From the NCBI GenBank assembly GCA_017620335.1, contig JAFZQO010000043.1, positions 13,653 to 77,652 on the forward strand: a DNA stretch of 64,000 nt. Reading direction: 5' to 3'. Source of the stretch: Bacteroidales bacterium (lineage in GTDB: Bacteria; Bacteroidota; Bacteroidia; Bacteroidales; UBA932). The notes beneath the pieces were generated by a model. The model saw nothing but the letters and a program-made list of their open reading frames with translations, had not been told where the DNA came from and did not search any database. Shown here in pieces: positions 56,801 to 63,335 of this stretch (position 1 is its first letter; each line of letters starts with the position of its first letter). A program made the translations under genes and the position numbers.

Positions 56801-58121
56801 TCCGACCTGGGCCGCCAGGGAGTGGAAGGAGCTGCACGCCAAGGTATTCGGTCCCGAGTTCAAGACCCATCACTATGACAAGAAGTGCTTCGACGGAGTG
56901 TACGAACTCTCGGACGAGCAGGTCTGGAATGTGCGCAAGAAGCTCAAGGGCAATCTCGTGAACACCATCAAGCGCCGCCTGTCCGACCCGATGCAGACCG
57001 TGCATTATTCTCCCCGTCAGATAGTTACGATCAAGGAGACGCTGCGCGACGACGTGCTGACCATCGGATTCGCCCGCCGTTTCGCGACCTACAAGCGCGC
57101 GACCCTGCTCTTCACCGACCTGAACAGGCTCGACGCCATCGTGAACAATCCCCAGCGTCCGGTGCAGTTCATCTTCGCCGGCAAGGCCCATCCCGCCGAC
57201 AAGGCCGGACAGGACCTGATCAAGCAGATCGTCGAGATCTCCAAGCAGGACCGCTTCATCGGAAAGATCATCTTCGTGCCCGGTTATGACATCACGCTCG
57301 CGAAGCGCATGGTCCAGGGCGTGGACGTGTGGCTCAACAACCCCACCCGTCCCCAGGAGGCTTCCGGCACTTCCGGAGAGAAGGCTTCGATGAACGGCGT
57401 CATGCATTTCTCGGTGCTCGACGGATGGTGGGTCGAGGGTTACAAGGAGGGCGCCGGCTGGGCGCTTCCCCAGGAGCGTACCTATGATGACCAGGGATTC
57501 CAGAACGAGCTCGATTCGGCGACGATCTACAACATCCTCGAGAACGAGATCGTGCCCGCGTACTACGATATAGACAAGCAGACCGGCATGTCCACACGCT
57601 GGATCGGCTTCATAAAGAACACCATCGCGAAGGTGGCGTGCAACTTCACCACGAACCGCATGCTCACCGATTACATGGACCAGTACTATCTGCCTCAGTC
57701 CAAGAGGGCAGAGACGCTCCTTGCCGACGACTACAAGGTCGCGCGCGAGATCGCGGCGTGGAAGAAGCACATCAGCCGCCAGTGGCAGAACCTCGAAGTG
57801 GTATCCGTCACCCAGCCGGAGGCTTCCTATACGCTTTCGGGCAGCTCGCTGATGAACATCGAGGTGGTTCTGAACCTTGGTGACATCCTCCCCGAGGAGA
57901 TAGGCGTGGAGGTGCTCTTCGTGACTTCCGACCGCAAGGGAAGGCTCCACATCCAGGAGAAGTGCGAGTTCTCGCTCGTCGAGTGCAACGACGGCGTGGC
58001 GAAGTTCCAGGCTTCCATCCTTCCCGAGCGTACCGGCATGTACCAGGTGGCGACGCGTATCTATCCGAAGAACGCGCTCCTGCCGCACAGGCAGGACTTC
58101 GCCCTCGTGAGATGGCTGTAG
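53886..58121 (+). CDS. Fusion protein: eukaryote-type (GT3-like) glycogen synthase (aa ~1-555) + alpha-glucan phosphorylase (GT35, aa ~560-1411)
   Basis: One uninterrupted frame. N-terminus [55 protein letters not shown] (GT3 glycogen synthase motifs). After [11 protein letters not shown] come [57 protein letters not shown] (the pyridoxal-Lys region, here written [14 protein letters not shown]) of glucan phosphorylases. The start ATG overlaps the GH57 TGA (TGATG). Confidence 0.8.
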   Translation: [1411 protein letters not shown]

Positions 58122-59113
58122 TAGCTACAGGATTCTTCGACGGTGTCCATCTGGGGCACCGTCTCGTGATCGACACTCTGCTCCGTGCCGCGCATGAGCG
58201 CGGGGAGCAGAGTGTGATCGTCACGTTCTGGCCCCATCCGCGCACGGTGCTTCAGAAGGACGCGCGCGAGCTGCGGCTGCTGAGCTCGCTTCAGGAGAAG
58301 CGGGCGATGCTGTCGGAGCTGGGCGTGGACCGGGTCGAGGTCGTGCCTTTCTCGCGGGAGTTCCGCTCGATGACGGCGGAGCAGTATCTGCGCGACTTCG
58401 TCAAGGGGCGGCTCGGCGGCACGGCCATCGTGCTGGGGTACGACAACCGCATGGGATCGGACGGGCTTCCGCACGACGCCATCGTGCCGCTCGCCCAGTC
58501 CCTCGGTCTTGAGGTCGTTGAATGTGACCCTGTGCTGGGGGAGTATTGCCCTGAAAATTTGTGCCACCCTCGGCAACATAAGAGGGAGGGGCCCATCGAA
58601 GATGGGAGGGGTCCTGCGGAGCAGGACAATTTTCAGGGCAATACTCCCCCGGCACAGGGCCCTGCAATCTCTTCGACGAAGATAAGGGCGGCGCTGGAGA
58701 GGGGGGACGTCGTGGCGGCGGAGGCGATGCTCGGGTACCGGTACGGGCTGCATGGGGTCGTGGTGGCCGGGAACCGGCTGGGCCGGACCCTCGGCTACCC
58801 GACCGCGAACATGCAGCTGTACGAGCCGCTGAAGCTCGTCCCGGGGAACGGAGTGTACCTTGTGGAGGTGGAGACCCTCGGGGGGCATTACTACGGGATG
58901 ACCAATATCGGCGTTCGGCCGACGGTGTCCGGCGCAGGGACGCTAACCATCGAGACGCACATCCTGGATTTCGACGAACTCATCTACGGACTGGACATCC
59001 GCCTGCGCTTCATTGAGAAGATCCGCGATGAGCGGCGTTTCGGGTCGCTTGACGGGCTGAAGGCGCAATTGTCGGCCGACGAGGCGGTTTGCAGGGCCAT
59101 GTTGGCAAAATAA
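58112..59113 (+). CDS. ribF: Bifunctional riboflavin kinase/FMN adenylyltransferase, carrying a 44-codon in-frame insertion
   Basis: ATG at 58112 (MAVVATGFFDGVHLGH), overlapping the upstream stop by 10 nt. ...TFWPHP, ISSTKIR, GNRLGRTLGYPTAN, GVYLV, GMTNIG.RPT, IETHILDF..LYG, F..KIRDERRF.S...L..QL. The extra segment GEYCPEN...TPPAQG precedes ISST. Confidence 0.9.
   Translation: MAVVATGFFDGVHLGHRLVIDTLLRAAHERGEQSVIVTFWPHPRTVLQKDARELRLLSSLQEKRAMLSELGVDRVEVVPFSREFRSMTAEQYLRDFVKGRLGGTAIVLGYDNRMGSDGLPHDAIVPLAQSLGLEVVECDPVLGEYCPENLCHPRQHKREGPIEDGRGPAEQDNFQGNTPPAQGPAISSTKIRAALERGDVVAAEAMLGYRYGLHGVVVAGNRLGRTLGYPTANMQLYEPLKLVPGNGVYLVEVETLGGHYYGMTNIGVRPTVSGAGTLTIETHILDFDELIYGLDIRLRFIEKIRDERRFGSLDGLKAQLSADEAVCRAMLAK
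58528..58659. repeat. 132-nt palindromic, multi-hairpin element (MITE/RPE-like) inside the ribF reading frame
   Basis: Arms 58528-58559 and 58628-58659 are complementary at 31/32 positions. The 68-nt core holds the small hairpins CCCATC-GAA-GATGGG (58592-58606) and GTCCTGC-GGA-GCAGGAC (58611-58627), plus CCCTC...GAGGG. Length is exactly 44 codons. CCCTG occurs at the left end and again directly after the right arm. Confidence 0.85.
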
Positions 59114-59147
59114 GCGTCCTTTCGGAATACTTTTTCAGAATTATTTG

Positions 59148-59155
59148 TATATTTG
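59148..59155 (+). promoter_or_regulatory. -7 promoter box (TATATTTG) for greA
   Basis: Matches TAnnTTTG, 100 nt upstream of the greA ATG. Confidence 0.5.
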
Positions 59156-59170
59156 CATTGTTGACACAGG

Positions 59171-59198
59171 GTTCCGCCTCCAGGCGGGACTCTCTTTT
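59171..59198 (+). terminator. Terminator-like hairpin within the greA leader (possible attenuator/short leader RNA)
   Basis: GTTCCGCC-TCCA-GGCGGGAC 8-bp stem followed by TCTCTTTT. It starts ~10 nt after the predicted TSS. A second hairpin (CGTTCCC-GGAA-GGGACG) follows at 59212-59228. Confidence 0.4.
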
Positions 59199-59255
59199 AG
59201 TTGACTGACCCCGTTCCCGGAAGGGACGATTGATAACAAATATTTAAAGCTGATT

Positions 59256-59726
59256 ATGGCAGACATCCATTACATGACCGCGGACGGACTTGAGAAACTC
59301 AAGAAGGAGCTCGCCGACGCACTGGCGCAGCGCCCGGTCATCTCGGCGGCCATCGCCGAGGCCAGGGAGAAGGGCGACCTCTCCGAGAACGCAGAGTACG
59401 ACGCGGCCCGCGAGGCGCAGGGCCTGCTTGAGGTGAAGATTGCCAACCTCAAGAACCAGGTGGCCAACGCCAAGGTCATCGACGAGTCGCAGATCGGTAC
59501 CGACAAGGTATCCATGATGAACAAGGTGAAGGTCGAGAACATCACCATGAAGCGCGTCATGGAGTTCACCATCGTCGGCGAGACCGAAGCCGATTTCTCG
59601 AAGGGCCGTCTGGCCGTCACTACGCCCATCGCCAAGGCCCTCATCGGTCACACCAAGGGCGAGATCGTGGAGGCCAAGGTCCCTTCAGGCGTACTCAAGT
59701 TCAAGATTCTCGACATCACCCTGTAA
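59256..59726 (+). CDS. greA: Transcription elongation factor GreA
   Basis: 156 aa. YMT..G...L..EL..L....RP.I...I..ARE.GDLSENAEYDAARE.Q (coiled-coil with the acidic tip), followed by the C-terminal FKBP-like domain. Confidence 0.92.
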   Translation: MADIHYMTADGLEKLKKELADALAQRPVISAAIAEAREKGDLSENAEYDAAREAQGLLEVKIANLKNQVANAKVIDESQIGTDKVSMMNKVKVENITMKRVMEFTIVGETEADFSKGRLAVTTPIAKALIGHTKGEIVEAKVPSGVLKFKILDITL

Positions 59727-59732
59727 GAGATT

Positions 59733-60137
59733 ATGGCAACGATTTTCACCCGTATCGCCAACGGCGAGATCCCTTCGTACAAGTGTGCGGAGAGCGAAGA
59801 TTTCTACGCATTCCTCGACATCAGCCCGCTCGCTCCGGGCCACACCCTCGTGATTCCCAAGCACGTGGAGGACGATTACATCTTCCACCTCGATGAGGAG
59901 ACCTACGCCGGCCTGTGGGCCTTCGCGCGCAAGGTCGCGCTGGCAGTCAAGGCCGCCGTGCCCTGCAAGCGCGTCGGAGTGGCCGTGCTGGGCATGGAGG
60001 TCCCGCATACGCACATCCACCTCGTGCCGCTGCAGACCGAGGGCGACCTTGATTTCCGCAAGAAGAAGCCGGTCGTGCCGGAGGATGAGATGAAAAGGAT
60101 AGCCGCATCAATCTTCAGTGAATATGAAAAGCTCTAG
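59733..60137 (+). CDS. HIT-family (histidine triad) nucleotide hydrolase
   Basis: IF.RI..GEIP, PGHTLVIPK, and the triad HTHIHLVP. Confidence 0.88.
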   Translation: MATIFTRIANGEIPSYKCAESEDFYAFLDISPLAPGHTLVIPKHVEDDYIFHLDEETYAGLWAFARKVALAVKAAVPCKRVGVAVLGMEVPHTHIHLVPLQTEGDLDFRKKKPVVPEDEMKRIAASIFSEYEKL

Positions 60138-61224
60138 GATAGCGCTTCTGGGCCTTTGCGCCCTGCTCGCCGCCGCGTGCGGCAAGCCGTCGGCCCGCAT
60201 CGACGGCACCCTGACTGACGCCGGCAACAGGCAGGTCATCGTCAAAATGCTGGACATCAACAATTACAGGGTTCTGGATACGGTCAAGACCGATGCCTCC
60301 GGACGCTATAACTACAAGGTTTCGGTACAGCCGGGACAGCCTGAGTTCGTGTACCTGTTCTACGGCGACACCAAGATCTCGTCCCTCCTGCTGGAGGCCG
60401 GAGACGAGGTGAAGGTCGTGACCGACACGCTCGGCTTCGGCTCAGTGGTGGGTTCCGTCGAGAGCGAGAGGCTCCAGGAGGTGGAGGCGAAATTCGCCGC
60501 CTTCCTCCGCGAGGTGGAGGGTGCGGGGGACAACGCCGCCCTGCGCCGCTCGTACATCCAGTACTACCGCGATGCGGTCAAGTATGTGATGACGAATCCC
60601 TATTCGCTTACCACCGTCCCGGTGCTCTTCCAGAACGTGAACGCCGACCTTCCTGTGTTCAGCCAGGCCACGGACGCCCTCCATTTCAGGAGCGCGCTGG
60701 ATTCGCTGGTGACCGTCTATCCCGACTCAAGATATGTCAAGGCACTGGAGAGGGAGACCGAGCGCCGCGAGAGGCTCTTCAGCCTCAACAACCAGATCAG
60801 CATGGCCACCGAGACCGATTATCCCGACATCAAGTCCAAGGATGTCAACGGTAACGAAGTGTCCCTTCTGGCATTGGATTCCAAGGCCGTCATCCTTTTC
60901 TTCTGGACCGTGACCGACGCCGAGAGCAAGATCCTGAACCAGGAGACCTACAAGCCCATATATGAGGACTATCACGACAAGGGCCTGGAGATCTTCGCCG
61001 TGTCCCTCGACACCGACAAGGCCGCATGGGCCAGCGTCGTGCGCAGCCAGGAGCTGCCTTGGGTCAACGTCAACGACGGCCTGGGCTCCGCCTCGCCGGC
61101 CGTGACACTTTACAACGTCACCGAGCTGCCCAGGGCTTACCTCATCCTCGACGGCAAGATCATCGACCGCAAGGTCGAGGGCGAGAAGGCCCTCCGCCGC
61201 GAACTCGATAAGGTCCTGAAATAA
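60124..61224 (+). CDS. DUF4369 + TlpA/AhpC-like thioredoxin-fold lipoprotein lacking the CXXC motif
   Basis: ATG at 60124 (MKSSRIALLGLCALLAAAC), overlapping the HIT gene end by 14 nt. The thioredoxin-fold region reads FFWTVTDAESK where TlpA-like proteins have FWASWCGPCR. Confidence 0.7.
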   Translation: MKSSRIALLGLCALLAAACGKPSARIDGTLTDAGNRQVIVKMLDINNYRVLDTVKTDASGRYNYKVSVQPGQPEFVYLFYGDTKISSLLLEAGDEVKVVTDTLGFGSVVGSVESERLQEVEAKFAAFLREVEGAGDNAALRRSYIQYYRDAVKYVMTNPYSLTTVPVLFQNVNADLPVFSQATDALHFRSALDSLVTVYPDSRYVKALERETERRERLFSLNNQISMATETDYPDIKSKDVNGNEVSLLALDSKAVILFFWTVTDAESKILNQETYKPIYEDYHDKGLEIFAVSLDTDKAAWASVVRSQELPWVNVNDGLGSASPAVTLYNVTELPRAYLILDGKIIDRKVEGEKALRRELDKVLK

Positions 61225-61280
61225 CCTCGCCCACCCGGGCCCGTCCCTTGTCATTCCGAGCGAAGCGAAGGAATCTTAAC

Positions 61281-61430
61281 GGGAACAGAAACGCCATTTC
61301 TGTTCCCGTTTTGTGTTATTTCGGTCATTTGGGAATGAAAACGCGTTTTTCATTCCCGTTTCACGTTTTTTGGGCTGTTTGGGAATGAAATCGCCATTTT
61401 CATTCCCATTTTGCTTTTTCGGCTGGATGG
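61281..61430 (+). repeat. Three tandem 50-bp units, each a 27-nt hairpin plus T-rich tail
   Basis: Units start at 61281, 61331 and 61381. They read GGGAACAGAAA-cgcca-TTTCTGTTCCC, GGGAATGAAAA-cgcg-TTTTTCATTCCC and GGGAATGAAA-tcgcca-TTTTCATTCCC, each followed by (G/A)TTT(T/C)..TTTT. Unit 1 carries compensatory TG->CA / CA->TG changes that keep the stem. Confidence 0.9.
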
Positions 61431-61433
61431 CTA

Positions 61434-62357
61434 TCAGGTAGTAGGGATAATGCCTGCGAGAATCGCCAGGTCGATCTTGAGCATCCGCGCAATCTGCTTG
61501 CTGCTGGCGTTATACTCATAATGCAATTTCCTGGCGAGTTCTATTTTCGCTTGTGTCGGAAGAATAGATGGTTTTGCTGCGCCATACTGGTCACGGGCTA
61601 TTCCTACCAGGATGGAGTACAGGTCGTCATCGGTGTAATAGAGACTTTCTCCTATTTCTTCTGCGACTGTTTTCATTCCTTCCATGTTCCTGGAGACTAG
61701 CGAGAAATAGTGTTTGGCATTCCTGAAAAGGGCTTCCGCTGATGCGATGTCGCAGAAGGCTTGGGGCGGGATGATGCCGTCAATGAACGGCTTGCCGGCA
61801 AATCCGTCGAGTTTATGTGTGCGGTAATTGTCACGGATGACCGTGCAGGGAATAGTATCCCTGCAATCCCTGAACCTTGCCTTTGCATCGGGATTGAAGA
61901 AACATCTGTTGGCGCCCCAGGGATAGTTGAAGGGGGTGTAATCCATGTTGACAAGGAATCCGTTGCGGTTGTTGTAGGCTATGACATTGCGAAGGTCCTG
62001 CAGGCCTTCGACGGGCCTGAGCTTGCAATCCCATCCGTCAAGGCTCCCGGCACGGTCTTTCGCTTTCAGGTAATTGCCCAGATACTTTTTCAGCATGGCG
62101 AACAGGCGGATGATGTCCCCCTCCGGGCCGGCAAGCGTTATGTGAAGATGATTGCTCATCCATTGGAAAGTCAGGATCCGGATTGAAGGGAAATTGAATG
62201 CGCAAATAGCCAAAAGGGTCATCCCCGCCTGGAAGTCCACGATGTCCGTCATGATTACCGGATGGTTCTCCGGCGTATACAGGTGCCAGCATGGTCCCAG
62301 TTGCCTGAATACAAACTCGCAGCGACTCTCTTCCTGAGCAAATGTCCTTTTCATCAT
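61434..62357 (-). CDS. HUH/Y1 tyrosine transposase homolog (IS200/RAYT-like, COG1943-type) with C-terminal HTH domain
   Basis: ATG at 62357 (MMKRTF...). HUH motif in WMSNHLHITL. A Tyr motif in RNVIAYNNRNGFLV (compare YIHxNPVxAGLV of RAYTs). The C-terminal ...ELARKLHYEYNASSKQIARMLKIDLAIL resembles a DnaA-C-like HTH. Confidence 0.65.
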   Translation of the reverse strand: MMKRTFAQEESRCEFVFRQLGPCWHLYTPENHPVIMTDIVDFQAGMTLLAICAFNFPSIRILTFQWMSNHLHITLAGPEGDIIRLFAMLKKYLGNYLKAKDRAGSLDGWDCKLRPVEGLQDLRNVIAYNNRNGFLVNMDYTPFNYPWGANRCFFNPDAKARFRDCRDTIPCTVIRDNYRTHKLDGFAGKPFIDGIIPPQAFCDIASAEALFRNAKHYFSLVSRNMEGMKTVAEEIGESLYYTDDDLYSILVGIARDQYGAAKPSILPTQAKIELARKLHYEYNASSKQIARMLKIDLAILAGIIPTT

Positions 62358-62486
62358 TCTTTTTTTCGCAAGATGGGAAATCCGTGTATAACGGAAAGAC
62401 AAAAACATATAATTCGGGTGGTTTACAGATGTTTTTATATGATTTCGGATAAATCGATCGGTTATACGCTACTATCTCCGGTTGAC

Positions 62487-62575
62487 GGGAATGAAAATGG
62501 CGGTTTCATTCCCGTTTCACGTTTTTTTGCCCATTTGGGAATGAAAACGCGTTTTTCATTCCCGTTTTGTTTTTG
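62487..62575 (+). repeat. Two further copies of the 50-bp hairpin unit
   Basis: GGGAATGAAA-atggcgg-TTTCATTCCC at 62487-62513. GGGAATGAAAA-cgcg-TTTTTCATTCCC at 62537-62563 is identical to the unit at 61331. Same GTTTCACGTTTTTT tail. Confidence 0.9.
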
Positions 62576-62603
62576 GGACGCAGGATTATAGGGAGGGGGG
62601 AGT

Positions 62604-62611
62604 TATATTTG
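62604..62611 (+). promoter_or_regulatory. -7 promoter box (TATATTTG)
   Basis: 17 nt upstream of the ATG at 62629. Confidence 0.5.
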
Positions 62612-62628
62612 CGGTATTATATGAAATA

Positions 62629-63279
62629 ATGAATATGAAGACTTTGGGAACCATTATTATTGCGGCGGTGGCGGCATGCCTTTCCGCTATGCCGACTTTT
62701 GGGCAGGTCCGCTTGACCGAGGGTGACGGGACGGGCGGCAGGAAGCTTGAGATGAGCATTCCGCTTCCGCCGTCGCGTTTCAGCGGCGCCGTCGAGGCCG
62801 GAGGCAGGATGTTCTTCGGGGAGAAGGCCGGTGAGGTCATTTCCGCGGACGCGGTCATCGGCGTCATGCATTATGAGCATTTATTCTTCGGCATCGGCCT
62901 GGGGTATGACCGCTATTTCATCGTTAACAGCGAGTATGTTCCGGTCGAGCCGCCCGCCAATATCGATTTCTATTTCGGCTGGCCCAGGATACTGAAGGGC
63001 AATGAGTATTCGCTGTTCCTGGACCTGAAGAACTATTGGGGTAGCGGCCGTTTCAAGCCCACCATCGAGGGCCGGGCCGCCGTGTCTTTCGCAGATCCCG
63101 GCCTGGGCGGAAAGATACTTTCTTTCGGAGCCGGATGCCGCTATGACCTGACGCAGAAGACGGGTATAGCGCTCCGCGCCTTCTATGAGTTCAAGAACAG
63201 TTTCCATGGTGATGATTTCTATGACAGTGAGCAGGGGGTCTTCCATTCCGCCGGCCTTCGCCTTTCCTACGAGTTCTGA
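62629..63279 (+). CDS. Small outer-membrane beta-barrel protein
   Basis: Signal peptide (AAVAACLSAMPTFGQ). Alternating beta-strand pattern. C-terminal LRLSYEF (terminal Phe). Confidence 0.6.
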   Translation: MNMKTLGTIIIAAVAACLSAMPTFGQVRLTEGDGTGGRKLEMSIPLPPSRFSGAVEAGGRMFFGEKAGEVISADAVIGVMHYEHLFFGIGLGYDRYFIVNSEYVPVEPPANIDFYFGWPRILKGNEYSLFLDLKNYWGSGRFKPTIEGRAAVSFADPGLGGKILSFGAGCRYDLTQKTGIALRAFYEFKNSFHGDDFYDSEQGVFHSAGLRLSYEF

Positions 63280-63335
63280 CAGGTCCATGGCATAATTTGT
63301 GTTTGTTAATCAGGCCTGACACAAATACTTATATT

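Larger units (their letters stand above)
61249..62575. mobile_element. REPtron-like locus: HUH/Y1 transposase homolog bracketed by hairpin (REP-like) repeat arrays, low-GC island
   Basis: Three hairpin units lie on one side (61281-61430) and two on the other (62487-62575), all in the same orientation. The enclosed gene carries HUH and Tyr motifs. Hand-sampled GC is ~47% against >60% in the flanks. The upstream motif GTCATTCCGAGCGAAGCGAAGGAATC (61249-61276) is another short hairpin. Confidence 0.65.

Noticed and set aside
58528-58659. The ribF palindromic element considered as a known small self-cleaving ribozyme (hammerhead-type three-way junction closed by a long stem).
   Set aside because: I could not find the conserved hammerhead core (CUGAUGA ... 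GAAA flanking stem II) or any other core I can recognise by eye. Only a covariance-model scan could settle this, so it is kept as 'structured element' only.
61281-61430. The 50-bp-periodic hairpin units considered as a miniature CRISPR array.
   Set aside because: There are only 2-3 units per side, and the 23-nt 'spacers' are themselves conserved between units (GTTTCACGTTTTTTGGGC...). The repeats are strongly palindromic with T tails, and there are no cas genes in the window. REP-like or terminator repeats fit better.
63294-63328. The inverted repeat ATTTGTGT-N16-ACACAAAT between the beta-barrel gene and the lipoprotein gene.
   Set aside because: The 8-bp AT-rich stem with a large loop is weak. 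Such a repeat is easily expected by chance in an AT-rich spacer.
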